Below are positions 33,290-44,401 of a stretch of 64,000 nucleotides of DNA, in pieces (position 1 is the stretch's first letter; the number at the start of each line of letters is the position of its first letter). Made by a program: the position numbers and the translations under genes. This stretch comes from an uncultured Nitrososphaerales archaeon (GTDB lineage: Archaea; Thermoproteota; Nitrososphaeria; Nitrososphaerales; Nitrososphaeraceae), in NCBI GenBank assembly GCA_963695855.1, contig CAVOHZ010000004.1, positions 32,001 through 96,000 of the forward strand, given 5' to 3'. The notes beneath the pieces were generated by a model, which worked only from the letters and a program-made list of their open reading frames with translations, had not been told where the DNA came from and did not search any database.

Positions 33290-33800
33290 ATGAATAGTAT
33301 AATCCAATTGTATACATGGTGTAAATTATATTTAATATTTAGCACATGAATAGTAATTATCAAATGATTCAGTTCCATCTTTGAGATACTGCGTTACATT
33401 CTCGATAAGGCTTTCTCCAACGGTAAACATATGCTATTTTTTTGATATAGGAAGGTACGCGCTTTAGGATATCAAGTCAGTCACCTCTGTAATATCATAA
33501 TACTTATCGAGTTTGCATGAATACAATTTTCAGCGCAATACATGTTTTCTTCTTCTGAAAGACACTTCTATCACAGATTTCTGAATTAGTTAAATAAGTA
33601 CGTATAAGAGGAGGTAATAGCTTTTATTATTCTGAATATTAGTTTTTATCATTTATGAATACAACAATTCTTCTTCTATCTTTGTTAACGATGTAAGAAC
33701 CGTCACGTTATCTTGTTTCATAGCAGTGTGTCTTTTTTTTGGTCATTAGATCGTTACACCACTGCCTTTGGCGTATTTCCTAGAATTGGATCATAAGAAA
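33290..33800 (-). mobile_element. Degraded IS6-like transposase remnant
   Basis: Fragments 'SEEENMYCAE', 'SLIENVTQYLKDGTESFDNYYSC', 'HVYNWIILF' resemble thaumarchaeal IS6-type DDE C-termini; many stops and frameshifts. Confidence 0.55.
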
Positions 33801-33982
33801 GTACAAATATAACGAATGTTACAATACAACTGAATGACCTTCCTCGAAAAATTTGGCTAAAATGATGAATAGAAAATTCCTAGCTAAATCTATTTCACTA
33901 AATTAACAGATTCTATTTTCCTTTCTGATTTTGTAATATATTTTTCTTTTTAGTACATGCCTTATTTACACAATGACTTATT

Positions 33983-35356
33983 TTATGTCCTTTTAGAATT
34001 CTTGTGAACTTCAGCTAGTACGTCGTTTATAATTTTTTTTACGTTTTCTGAACTAAGATCATAATTTTGTTCATTGTCTGGTTCTTTTTCTTTGATCCTT
34101 TTGGTAATTTTTCTATATTGTCTTTCGACTTCAACTTCCATTTGAGAAATTCCAAGTGTCTTTAGTAATTTAAAATCCTCTTCCATACTTTTATAGATCT
34201 CTCTACGAAGTACAGTATTATTTGAGATATTTATTGCAGTATTAAAAATACCTACTGTTAACATATATGTTCCAAGTACCACAAACGGGATTGCTAAGAT
34301 TCCATGGGGTGGAACAGCAGTCAATATTAATGTATAAATTCCACTTGAACTGTATAAAAAAATTATACCTGCGCATGTTGTCAACATGTTTTTTTTAAAT
34401 TTTGCATCATTAATCCTAGAAGCAATAATCCAAAAAACCAATCCAAAAAATATTCCACCCATCTGCTTCGGAAATCCGAAAAGAATATCTATGATGTCAA
34501 TAGGAATAAAGGCGCCAATATTTGACTCAAGAAGAAAGCCATAAAATGAAATATGTTTACCAATAATATAGCTAATAAGTAACTCGTATGAAAAAAAAAG
34601 GTAAATTAATGGTAAAAATATCAAAAACCAATATGCAATCTTTCCAATTTTTTTAGTGTACTGTTTTAGCATTATGACAGTAGTTATCCAAGTCAACAGA
34701 AATGATAAAATAAACGAAGAATCAAACAAAGTACTTAAAAAAGATGTGAGAGGAAAATTAATAGTATAAATATAGGAGAATAACAAACGTGCAGGAAGAG
34801 GCTTTATAAGTTCATTTTTATAAGACAATTCAGTATGAAGATAAATTAAGCCAGCTAGTATATGAATAGAAAATATTAAGAATGTAAAAGCGTAAAACAA
34901 AATAATTTTATTTTTATTGTGCTTGTACCAGTTGAATAAATGATATATGTTAACTGTTAAAAAAAAGAAGGATATTATAAAACTTGAATAGGTCATTAAA
35001 GTCAAATATATTTTTTGATAATTATGGAATGTCATAATTTGATATAGTAATAAGAACAATAATACAAAAAAAATAATTTGATTAATTAAAAAAACTGCAA
35101 AAAATATTTTTGACTGTTTGATATATCTTTTATCAATATCTTGATAATTAAAATAAAGAAATCTTATGAGAAATATATTGACAAATAGTGAGAATCCGCT
35201 AAGAAAGGAAAATATGGTAGCTTTTGAAAATAATGGCAAATTCATTAAATCTAGCCTGGTAAATGATGAGTCTAATACGATTATAACAACAGATAGAGAA
35301 ATGAGAATAAGCATATATTTTGAATATGAGATATTAGCAAAAATTATTTGTCTCAA
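33983..35356 (-). CDS. Polytopic membrane protein (about 11 TM) with cytoplasmic helical tail
   Basis: Hydrophobicity pattern; 'GGIFFGLVFW', 'PPHG', tail 'LRREIYKS...LGISQMEVE'. Confidence 0.8.
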   Translation of the reverse strand: MRQIIFANISYSKYMLILISLSVVIIVLDSSFTRLDLMNLPLFSKATIFSFLSGFSLFVNIFLIRFLYFNYQDIDKRYIKQSKIFFAVFLINQIIFFVLLFLLLYQIMTFHNYQKIYLTLMTYSSFIISFFFLTVNIYHLFNWYKHNKNKIILFYAFTFLIFSIHILAGLIYLHTELSYKNELIKPLPARLLFSYIYTINFPLTSFLSTLFDSSFILSFLLTWITTVIMLKQYTKKIGKIAYWFLIFLPLIYLFFSYELLISYIIGKHISFYGFLLESNIGAFIPIDIIDILFGFPKQMGGIFFGLVFWIIASRINDAKFKKNMLTTCAGIIFLYSSSGIYTLILTAVPPHGILAIPFVVLGTYMLTVGIFNTAINISNNTVLRREIYKSMEEDFKLLKTLGISQMEVEVERQYRKITKRIKEKEPDNEQNYDLSSENVKKIINDVLAEVHKNSKRT

Positions 35357-35414
35357 GGTTTAACTCTTTTCATATTATAAAAAAGTCGGTAAATGTTTTT
35401 TGTCCCAGATATAT

Positions 35415-36143
35415 CTATTTCACTACTACATCATATAATATGTTATTAGCTCCACCAGACCAGCCACCTTGTGTACTCAGTCCCCTTGTACCACTAACTG
35501 TTTGAGTGTATTCTAATGTATGATTACCTGGAGAAAGTTTATCTAATTTGGCAAAGAAACCATGTGCATGTGCTAGGTATGTTCCTGATCCTGACTGGTA
35601 AGCATCAATCCATTCACTATCTTCAGGAACATACACCTCAAAAAGATCCTTAGTTTGAACTTCTATAAAATTAGGCTGACCTGGATTATTACCAACTGAT
35701 ACATCTTTAACATCAACAATTTTTTTCCCATCTAGAGATAATGTAAAATCAAGAAATCCTACATCTGCTTCAAGAGCACAATTTAATATTTCTTCTGACG
35801 TAGCACTTTTTCCTAGTTCACTGCCAGTATCGCATTCGCCAGTATAAGCAGGGATTAAAAATTCTCTATCTGATGGTAAAGTGCAATTTTGTTTTTTGTA
35901 ACCAACTTCAAAGGGATCGAGCAACATAATAGGTAGTGAAATATTTGATGGCATGTTAATTAAACACAGATTACCTTCTTCTACAGTTTCATCCTTAGAT
36001 ATTTGAAGTGCAAATCTCCAATATTCTTTCAGCCATTCTTCATATTTGTCCGATGACTCTTTTGCTTGTATTTGAAAAGGTTTTAATGAGCAAATAATAA
36101 GCAAAACACTTAATGTTAAAAAAACAGCAAATTTTTTTTTCAT
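35415..36143 (-). CDS. Secreted protein of uncharacterised family (paralog of 38084)
   Basis: Signal peptide; 'WLKEYWRFALQI', 'CTLPSDREFLIP', 'AHAHGFFAKLDKLSPGNHTLEY'. Confidence 0.8.
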   Translation of the reverse strand: MKKKFAVFLTLSVLLIICSLKPFQIQAKESSDKYEEWLKEYWRFALQISKDETVEEGNLCLINMPSNISLPIMLLDPFEVGYKKQNCTLPSDREFLIPAYTGECDTGSELGKSATSEEILNCALEADVGFLDFTLSLDGKKIVDVKDVSVGNNPGQPNFIEVQTKDLFEVYVPEDSEWIDAYQSGSGTYLAHAHGFFAKLDKLSPGNHTLEYTQTVSGTRGLSTQGGWSGGANNILYDVVVK

Positions 36144-36372
36144 TTTATGTTTTAGGATATTTAAAATTAATATTTATTATTTGCTATTTAAATGGTTGAA
36201 TATCTGAATGCTCGAGTCATTCGAAAACATATACGTATCCTTAAGATTAGGATTCATAAAAATTATCACAAAATAAAAAATAACGAAGGATTTTACTAAA
36301 ACTAAAATCAATTCTGAAGCAATAAATATTTCAGTGGGATTGTTGACTTTAGTACTATTTTTTACTGGTTGT

Positions 36373-37215
36373 TTACCGGACCATTCCACTGATTTGTATT
36401 TTTGCACTTATGCGATAATTGATAGAGTTTACTTTGAACTCTAAAAGATGATCTCCTTGGTTAATATATTCGGGTTTTAGCGCTAATCCTTGCCACAAAT
36501 AAATTTGGTCTATTGTGTTATTACTTTTTAGATTTTGTGGCTTTACATTCATTATATTTCTGTGTGGAATATTCGCTGTCGATTGAAACTCGTTTCTTAT
36601 CACTGTGCAACCATTGATGGGTTCGTCATCAAAGTATGCTTCAATTTCGTATATTCCTGCTGTATCTCTTAATATAAACTCAAGTAGTTGTTTCTCTGTA
36701 TATTGAGGTTTTTTAATATAAAATTGTGGAGATTCCATAGACATAAATGTTGCTACTAAAAGACCATCGTTATCCTCTGTGAGATTAATATCCCTAAAGT
36801 CTGCCGGCTCCTGAAATGGAGCCACTGTAGCAAAATAAAGATTAGTACCTTCATGTTTAAAAAGGAATGAATTCTCATCATTATATGGACCTATATTAGT
36901 AAATGAACTTGTAGATTTCTCATTTCTGGCAATCCAATCCATATAGTGTCCAACGGCTATGTCGCATGTTATTCCTCCCTTTCCTATAGGTTCATTATGA
37001 CCGTACACCTTTGTATGCTCTTGGTCATGTTTGTACCATTGCTTAATTTTATCTAACCTTTCATCTGTAAGATCATGTTCTGGACGAGCTAGATTTTTTC
37101 GCGTCTTAAACCTTAAATCTAATAATTTCTCTATTTCTTCTGCATTGAAAAAACCCTTAGGAGCTGACTTATGATCATGCTTATGGCTGAGTTTAGTACT
37201 CATGACTTGAGGCAT
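36373..37215 (-). CDS. Hypothetical protein, probable distant member of the same family
   Basis: 'HYMDWIA', 'NIPHRNIMNV', 'QGDHLLEFK' align loosely with 35415 and 38084. Confidence 0.7.
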   Translation of the reverse strand: MPQVMSTKLSHKHDHKSAPKGFFNAEEIEKLLDLRFKTRKNLARPEHDLTDERLDKIKQWYKHDQEHTKVYGHNEPIGKGGITCDIAVGHYMDWIARNEKSTSSFTNIGPYNDENSFLFKHEGTNLYFATVAPFQEPADFRDINLTEDNDGLLVATFMSMESPQFYIKKPQYTEKQLLEFILRDTAGIYEIEAYFDDEPINGCTVIRNEFQSTANIPHRNIMNVKPQNLKSNNTIDQIYLWQGLALKPEYINQGDHLLEFKVNSINYRISAKIQISGMVR

Positions 37216-37784
37216 TAGACATAATATATAAAATTTTCTATAAAAAAACTATAAATTCCGTTCGCACGAGGTTTTACAAATTACATAGTTTTCAATGGCT
37301 ATAAATTCGATGGAAATAACTATAACATACAAAACCTGATAATATTATGCTGAATGGAAATACCAACTTAAAAGAGCAACGATAAGAAGATTTTAATAAA
37401 TGTAATCAATAACATAAATAAATGAACAGAGATTTATATAAAATAAAAAATATAATACGAGGACTACTTTCAAGAGATCTAGTATTAGAATTTAATTACA
37501 GAAGAGATGTCAAACATAATTAAAAATTACTTTAAATTACAATTTTTTTAAATTTTTTTCAACCTATTTTGTCAGTTACTTTATTACCCTAATATATGAC
37601 ATGTACCAATATCCAAGTTAAAAGTTAAGTTATTTATAAAAAGAATGATTTAGTAATAATTACTAACCAATATTTCGAAGAGTCCAACTATTCAGAAAAT
37701 CTTGTTGACATGATCCATTAGTCCTTTTATAATTGGAAGCTTAAAGATATACTCCCTCCTACAGCACAATTCCTTATAGATCAT

Positions 37785-37980
37785 CTACAATATGATAGAT
37801 TATCTAAAAAGCCGTTATCATTCAGGTCATTTACTGGATTGCAATCGTGAATTTTATTCTATTTGCAATGAAATAGAACCAAAATATCCAAGGGATGAGA
37901 TAACACGTTTGTCTAAACAAAACAGAAGAACAAGATCGATAGCTGGAAGATGACATTTCAAACATTCAGTAAAAAGTCAA
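37785..37980 (+). mobile_element. Degraded IS5-like (DDE_Tnp_4) transposase N-terminal remnant
   Basis: 'LQYDRLSKKPLSFRSFTGL' then 'EFYSICNEIEPKYPRDEITRLSKQNRRTRSIAGR*HFK' in shifted frames. Confidence 0.55.
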
Positions 37981-38083
37981 ATCTATAGTACTTCATGGCT
38001 TACAAATTTAATTTATTCCTATGAACGTAGTAAAAATGCAGAATAACTTTATAAATTGTTAAATTCTTTTTTACTTGTGACAA

Positions 38084-38695
38084 ATGGAAACGGAAATAAC
38101 CTGTTTCACTCATGATTCTGAAATTTTTAATAAATCCTATGGACAATGGACAGTAGATTGGTGGAAATGGGCACTATCCACTCCTAGATTGCAAAACCCA
38201 GTTTTAGATAAGAATGGTGAAAATCATTACGTAAATCAACCGTCGTCCCGAGTATGGTTTTTAGCTGGTGTATTTGGCGATGAAGAAAAATATCATCCAA
38301 CTCGGAGAATAAAATTACCAGAAGGTTTGTCTATATTGTTTCCTGTCTTGAATTGTGAGGCGAATAGTATAGAATATCCACATTTAAAAAATGACATGGA
38401 TTTAATCGAACATGTTTCTAATGATGTAGAATCGGTAGTTAAAAAAGATTGTTTTGTAAATGATATAATATTAATTCCTGAACGTGTGCCATCTGATCCA
38501 AAAATATTCGAATTTATTATTCCAAAGGATAATATTCTTGGTGTGGAAGGTGGTAAGGTGATTCGAGCTTGCGCTGATGGTTATTGGATTTTTTTACGCG
38601 CGCTTCCAAAAGGTGATTATATAATAGATTTTGAAGGTTCTTGTGAATACGGAAGACTTAGCTCTGGAGCAAAGTATGAACTGAAAATAATATAG
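38084..38695 (+). CDS. Uncharacterised-family protein without signal peptide
   Basis: 'YGQWTVDWWKWALSTP..NPVLD.NG', 'VWFLAG', 'ILFPVLNCE', 'ADGYWIFLRALPKGDY'. Confidence 0.85.
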   Translation: METEITCFTHDSEIFNKSYGQWTVDWWKWALSTPRLQNPVLDKNGENHYVNQPSSRVWFLAGVFGDEEKYHPTRRIKLPEGLSILFPVLNCEANSIEYPHLKNDMDLIEHVSNDVESVVKKDCFVNDIILIPERVPSDPKIFEFIIPKDNILGVEGGKVIRACADGYWIFLRALPKGDYIIDFEGSCEYGRLSSGAKYELKII

Positions 38696-38856
38696 TTGTC
38701 TAACTATAGATCAAGTATTTCGCTTTATGTCATCTCTCTTTAGGCATCAAGGTGTAAATTGTCAAATAGATAAAGATTGAGACATTCATAATATGGATAG
38801 CTATATGTATCGTGATTCTTATGAATTGAATCTAACAGTTGTACAGAAGACTCTAA

Positions 38857-39255
38857 GGAGATTTATGAAATATACTACACACAACAGACATTATCGCAGA
38901 TCAATGGCAATACTTCCAGAAGAGCGTGGTAGAACTATTCCGTATATTTAAAACGAACACGATTTCAGTATCAGGTCCGTCCGAAGATGAGTATCCACAT
39001 CCCTACAGATGGAAATGGGATATCTAGAATAAATAAAACGGGGTAGTACACAATCCCGTATAATAGATATATACAGACACATCACACTCTACTTTTTAAT
39101 GATCCCGATATTTTTTGGTTATGTGAAAAATACTTGGAGCCTGAGGTCGCTGGGAAAATATCTTCTTAAAGAAAAACTTGATATACCGATTAGTTCCAGA
39201 CATTTTCAAAGGATACTAAGAGACGCATATTGGAAGAAATATAAATGTCTAAACT
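38857..39255 (+). mobile_element. Degraded IS630-like transposase remnant
   Basis: 'HYRRSMAIL..GRTIPYI*..SIRSVRR*' and 'FGYVKNTWSLRSLGKYLLKEKLDIPISSRHFQRIL' resemble IS630 HTH and winged-HTH segments. Confidence 0.6.
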
Positions 39256-39975
39256 AACAGTAATAGTATTACAAACTTTATCAACATATTCAACAAATTT
39301 CAGATAACCTTCAGAGACAGAAGATCCACAGCTGCTATTTTAGCAGATGGAATATCAAAACATCTCGGTACTAACAAAAAGAATATTATTGTATTAGGAA
39401 TTCCACGTGGAGGTGTAGTTATTGGAGATATAATTGCTAGGAAACTAAAAGCTTCTGATTTTGATTTAGTCATACCAAGAAAAATGTTAAATCCACAAAC
39501 CGAAGAGAATGGTTTTGGAGCTATTATGGAAGATGGAAGTACATACATTGATTTTCGTATCACTAAGAGATTGTCTATATCATTTGATCATATAAAAGAG
39601 GAAAAGGAGAAACAATTATCTGAGGTTAAACGTAGATCAATTTTATATAGAAATTCTCCAAAATTATTAGATTATCATTTTAAAATAAATGACACTGATA
39701 GAACGGTAATATTAGTAGATGATGGAGCAGCAACCGGATCTACACTAATATCCGTGGCGAGATGGGTAAAAGATAGAAAGGAACATAAATTCAAGGAATT
39801 AATTATTGCCATACCTGTCGCACCAAAGGAAACCATTAAGATTTTGAAAAACGAATGTGATTATCTTGAAGCAATATTTCAACCATCAGAATTTACAACG
39901 GTAAGTCAATTTTTTAAACACTTTTTACCAGTAACTGATCAAGAAGTTATAGACATTTTATCAAAATGGAAATAA
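39253..39975 (+). CDS. Phosphoribosyltransferase (type I PRT) with lost or non-canonical start
   Basis: Frame of 39484 is open from 39253 with 'FRDRRS...VLGIPRGGVVIG'; PRPP motif 'ILVDDGAATGST'; nearest ATG (39245) is out of frame. Confidence 0.8.
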   Translation, partial: TNSNSITNFINIFNKFQITFRDRRSTAAILADGISKHLGTNKKNIIVLGIPRGGVVIGDIIARKLKASDFDLVIPRKMLNPQTEENGFGAIMEDGSTYIDFRITKRLSISFDHIKEEKEKQLSEVKRRSILYRNSPKLLDYHFKINDTDRTVILVDDGAATGSTLISVARWVKDRKEHKFKELIIAIPVAPKETIKILKNECDYLEAIFQPSEFTTVSQFFKHFLPVTDQEVIDILSKWK

Positions 39976-40020
39976 TTATGATAGCGACATTTATAGGCTA
40001 TCATTATAAAATTATACCGT

Positions 40021-40965
40021 ATGATGGTTTCAGAAAATAAAAAAATAGTTTCATTTTTACCTAGTGCTACTGAAATACTTTATGACATACAGGCTGGCTC
40101 CCAAGTATTAGGTGTTACACATGAATGTAATTATCCTGAAGATGCGAAGATCAAACCCAAGGTAATAAATTCTTCCTTTGACGCGTCACATATGACAAGT
40201 AAGGAAATAGATAACAAAATTGTGGAATTATTTAGCAAAGGAATGGATATATATATTGTGGATGATAAGATATTAAATGATATAAAACCAGATCTTATAG
40301 TAGCACAGGGAATTTGTGAAGTATGTTCTCCATTTACAAAAGAGATCAACCGTGCAATCGCAGTACTAGGATATTATCCTGAAATACTGATTCTCGATCC
40401 TCACAACCTAAAAGATATTTTGACAAATATTGAAGAGATATCCAAAAAGGTAGATAAAGTGAAGGAAGGTCAAAAATTGATAGAATTTCTTACAAAAAAG
40501 GTGAAGTCAATACAGAAAATAACTGAAATGAAGAACAATGGAAAATTACAGAGAGTTATATGCTTAGACTGGATTGATCCGTTTTTTACTGCAGGTCACT
40601 GGGTCCCGGAAATGATAGAAATAGCTGGGGGAATAAATGGTTTAAGTAAAACGGGCGAACAATCAAGACGTACTACAAAAGAAGAGATAGAAGATTTTGA
40701 TCCCTATAAAATTATTCTCATGCCATGTGGATTTAACATAGATAGAACTTTAATAGAATACAACAGAACATTAAAAAATGATGTAGAATGGAACTCATTG
40801 ACGGCAGTAAAGAATGGTGAGATATATGCTGTAGATGCAGGATCATATTTTAGTAAGCCAGGACCAAGAACTTTTTCTGGAGTCGAGATCTTGGCAAAGA
40901 TAATTAATCCACGTGACAGTAATCACATTATGGTTCCTTCTAATTCATTTCTGAAGATTGAGTAA
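40021..40965 (+). CDS. BtuF-like cobalamin/Fe-siderophore-binding protein without signal peptide
   Basis: 'IVSFLPSATE', 'GVTHECNYP', 'PDLIVAQGICEVC', 'GHWVPEM', 'YFSKPGPR'. Confidence 0.88.
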   Translation: MMVSENKKIVSFLPSATEILYDIQAGSQVLGVTHECNYPEDAKIKPKVINSSFDASHMTSKEIDNKIVELFSKGMDIYIVDDKILNDIKPDLIVAQGICEVCSPFTKEINRAIAVLGYYPEILILDPHNLKDILTNIEEISKKVDKVKEGQKLIEFLTKKVKSIQKITEMKNNGKLQRVICLDWIDPFFTAGHWVPEMIEIAGGINGLSKTGEQSRRTTKEEIEDFDPYKIILMPCGFNIDRTLIEYNRTLKNDVEWNSLTAVKNGEIYAVDAGSYFSKPGPRTFSGVEILAKIINPRDSNHIMVPSNSFLKIE

Positions 40966-41100
40966 CCATATAAGATATTTCTATTAACATCACATCATTG
41001 TGTTTCCAAACAACGGTAATATAAAATGGATTGCAACAAATAAATCGTATATTATTAAAGATTTCCTTTTCTAACCTGTCAAATCACAATTTACAATCTA

Positions 41101-41835
41101 TTATGATCTGATTGAATATTTCTTCTTTATTTTTTTGTACTTTTCTAGGTCATCATAAGTATTGATATATCTTGATGCGTTTATTACATCCCGCACATTC
41201 CTAGATCCCAATTCATCCCAAATGGCACTAATTATTTTCTGTTTCAAATCACGATCTTTTACTTTTACTACTCTGTTACAAATACTGTTAAAATCCTCAA
41301 ATGTATATTGTGGCAACTCATATCTATCAAACCTATCTCGTAATGGCTCTATCAATTTTGAAAGCTCGTTACAAGTAGCAAATACTTTCAGAAAACTGAA
41401 TTTTATCTCCCTGTGATTTCCTGACCTCGTATCAATTATCCTACCATCCTGCAGCAAGTTTAGCAATATCTCCTGATCAATCTTTTTTAACCTGGATATT
41501 TCGTCTAACAATAATATCTTTAGTCGATTTCTATATTCAAACAAAAGATCTCGCAATCCTGCCTTGGTCATCAAGCTACAATCCAAATAAATACAATGTT
41601 TATGATAACTACTCTCTATACATTTAAGAAATAGCGATTTTCCCATTCCTGGCTTTCCAGATAATAATATTGATGTAGAATATTCCGATAATAACGCAAG
41701 TTCTAAAAGATCTTTAATATCTGGATAACCCACAATCTGGCTAAATATATCATTATTATTTTCCTTCTTTTGGAGTGAACCGACTGCAACTGAATGTATT
41801 TTATTTACAAAAAATAATCTACCTAATTGAAACAT
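41101..41835 (-). CDS. AAA+ ATPase (MoxR/RuvB/MCM-like single domain)
   Basis: Walker A 'GKPGMGKS', Walker B 'LLLDE', sensor 'ATCN', Arg finger 'PLRDRF'. Confidence 0.85.
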   Translation of the reverse strand: MFQLGRLFFVNKIHSVAVGSLQKKENNNDIFSQIVGYPDIKDLLELALLSEYSTSILLSGKPGMGKSLFLKCIESSYHKHCIYLDCSLMTKAGLRDLLFEYRNRLKILLLDEISRLKKIDQEILLNLLQDGRIIDTRSGNHREIKFSFLKVFATCNELSKLIEPLRDRFDRYELPQYTFEDFNSICNRVVKVKDRDLKQKIISAIWDELGSRNVRDVINASRYINTYDDLEKYKKIKKKYSIRS

Positions 41836-41973
41836 TATATCATATATCTTGTAAATTATAATAAAAATATTTTCAAAAAAATTTTTCTGAAAACTTTTCT
41901 TTTTTTATTCATTCAAAATCCATAAAGAAAACTGTTTTACAAGCTACAAATCTGCTCAAACGTAAAATTAAAA

Positions 41974-42624
41974 TTATAAAAATGCGTTTACCAACAAATA
42001 TAACCCAAATATTCCTATAACGGTACTAAAAAATAAGAGTAGGAACCTGTAAACTTTTTCTTTGACTATTGATCTTCCTTTAGATGACATAAAGGATGTA
42101 ATCCATAACCAAAAATAATCCATCCATATATGTGAAAAGAAAAGCAAGATTATACCATTTAGATAACCAAAATTTTCTACTGAATCAGAGACAAGTTTCA
42201 ACCCGATAGTAGACCACCAAACAAGGAAAAATGGATTGAGGCCTGTGAAAATCATTCCAACCAATATAGCGTTTTTGATTGCATATTTGGAATATTGATT
42301 ATTTGTTTCCAAAGATTTATTTTTTATTACAGGATAAATCTGCAAAAACGAGAAAAATATCATGAAGACACCTCCGACTATTCCTATTATTTTCAAAATA
42401 TCAGAATCAGATACAGAGACGGCAGAAAATTTGCTTACTCCATAAAATAACAATACTAGTAATGGAAATTCCACAAATGTATGTCCTATAGCAATTTTTA
42501 TCCCCATTAAGGAACCATATTTACTACCATAAAATAGATTCACAAAAAATAAAGGTCCAGGAGAGAAGACTCCAGACGTAGAAACAAGAATAACATAAAA
42601 GAAAAATTCTAATGGAGAAGACAT
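41974..42624 (-). CDS. LysE family translocator
   Basis: 'SPGP', 'GHTFVE', 'NPFFLVWW'. Confidence 0.9.
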   Translation of the reverse strand: MSSPLEFFFYVILVSTSGVFSPGPLFFVNLFYGSKYGSLMGIKIAIGHTFVEFPLLVLLFYGVSKFSAVSVSDSDILKIIGIVGGVFMIFFSFLQIYPVIKNKSLETNNQYSKYAIKNAILVGMIFTGLNPFFLVWWSTIGLKLVSDSVENFGYLNGIILLFFSHIWMDYFWLWITSFMSSKGRSIVKEKVYRFLLLFFSTVIGIFGLYLLVNAFL

Positions 42625-42718
42625 TCGATTTAACTTATCAACAATAATGAATAACTATATAACTTGTCATCTTTGTCATACAAAATTTAATTCTAAGACC
42701 GATCGATGTTATTTTCAA

Positions 42719-43285
42719 TTAATGACTTTTCCATCTGCTCTTTAATTTTGACAGTGTAATTTTAAAGTGACTCAATGTTTCATTATCTAGAATGCAAAAT
42801 TCTACAGTATCAAGAGAGGTTTTAGAGTTTAACAAAAATTTTTCAGTTTCATTTAAAAGAATATCTGCACATCTATGTTTGGGAAAACCGAAAATACCGG
42901 AACTGATTGCAGGTATGGAAATAGTTTTGAATTCTTTCTTCGTTGCAAGCTGCAACGTATTGAAAATAGATTGTGACAATTTATTATCTTCATCGCCTTC
43001 TCCCATTCTTGGTCCAACTGTATGAATTATTGCAGAACATGGCAGGTTTCCAGAGCAGGTAATAACTGAATTTCCTACGGGAACAAATCCTATCCTGTCA
43101 CTTTCGATCTGGATTATCCTTCCACCCTTCCTTACTATTGCACTAGCTACACCACCACCATGTTTTAAATAAGAATTTGCAGCATTGACAATTACATCTA
43201 CTTTTCTTTCAGTTATATCTCCCTGTACTATTGTGATTTTCTTAATATTTGAAAAGCTAAATTCATCTATTAATTGACCAATCAT
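42719..43285 (-). CDS. Macro domain protein (O-acetyl-ADP-ribose deacetylase, YmdB-like)
   Basis: 'GDIT..DVIVNAAN..HGGGVA', 'IHTVGP', 'PAISSGIFGFP'. Confidence 0.93.
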   Translation of the reverse strand: MIGQLIDEFSFSNIKKITIVQGDITERKVDVIVNAANSYLKHGGGVASAIVRKGGRIIQIESDRIGFVPVGNSVITCSGNLPCSAIIHTVGPRMGEGDEDNKLSQSIFNTLQLATKKEFKTISIPAISSGIFGFPKHRCADILLNETEKFLLNSKTSLDTVEFCILDNETLSHFKITLSKLKSRWKSH

Positions 43286-43396
43286 AAATTAAAAATAAAG
43301 ATTGTTTAATAAATAAATATTTAATTTATTTGCATACGAATAAAGCTCTTAACAATAATAGAAATTCTTCAATATTTATAATAGATCCATATACAA

Positions 43397-44134
43397 TCAA
43401 AGATTTCTTATCATTGACAATATCTGAGGCAGCATTTCAGTCGCCTTTCCCCTAAAGGAAAAATCCATTAAATTATTAAAAATAGTAGGTTCAGGATTTA
43501 CTTCTACTAGAGTTGCACCATTTCTTTTAGCATTCAGAGGTAATGTATTCACGGGACCTACGTTCAATGATGTTCCCACGATAAACATTACACTACAATT
43601 CCCTGAAGATTCCTCTGCTATTTTCCACCTTTGTTGATCTAATGGTTCTCCAAAGAGGACGATTTCGGGTCTTAAAATATTTTTACATGATTTACAAATT
43701 GGTGGCAAATATTGAATATCTTTTATATTTTGTTGTTCAAGTTCACCTTTAAAATTGCAGCCAGTACATTTTATTCTCATTATATTTCCATGAAGTTCAA
43801 CAATATTTTTGCTCCCGGCCCTCTTATGCAGTCCATCTATATTTTGTGTCAAAATCGTAGTATTTTTTAACTTTTCAATTTCTGCTATTGTTAAATGTCC
43901 CATGTTGGGTTTGCAACCTGAAATAAGGTTTTGTCTATCCTGATAAAATTCCCATACTAGTTTGGGATCTTCATAAAAGCCGGATATAGATGCAAGTTTC
44001 ATTGGATCGTATTTTTTCCATAGACCGCCCGGACCTCTAAAGGTTGGTATACCACTTTCTTCTGATATGCCTGCTCCAGTCAGAAAAACAAAATTATCTG
44101 AATTTTTCAGGATGGATTTTAAAGATTCTTGCAT
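43397..44134 (-). CDS. cobB: NAD-dependent protein deacylase, Sir2/CobB
   Basis: 'TGAGISEESGIPTFRG', 'TQNIDGLH', 'HG..C..C..C..C', 'GTSL'. Confidence 0.93.
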   Translation of the reverse strand: MQESLKSILKNSDNFVFLTGAGISEESGIPTFRGPGGLWKKYDPMKLASISGFYEDPKLVWEFYQDRQNLISGCKPNMGHLTIAEIEKLKNTTILTQNIDGLHKRAGSKNIVELHGNIMRIKCTGCNFKGELEQQNIKDIQYLPPICKSCKNILRPEIVLFGEPLDQQRWKIAEESSGNCSVMFIVGTSLNVGPVNTLPLNAKRNGATLVEVNPEPTIFNNLMDFSFRGKATEMLPQILSMIRNL

Positions 44135-44401
44135 GATTTAATTAATATTTCACCTACAAATATTTATTTTAGCTTCCTCTGCTGGGATATTATAATACTT
44201 TCTTCAGATAAGATTCAGATCAAATATGAGATGGTCTCATTTTTTTATTTTTATGAAAAATTATCTCTTATAATATCAAATTTTTTTTATAGTATAAGTA
44301 AATTGATCAAATTATTTTATAAACAATACATTCAATTCATATTATGAATATAGTTTTAGCTACATATCTGTAATATATAAAATCTTTATTAACAGAATGC
44401 A

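Noticed and set aside
34511-34516. GGCGCC as a fourth palindrome copy
   Set aside because: Only the 6-bp core, inside a coding region, without the TTTTTC/GAAAAA arms
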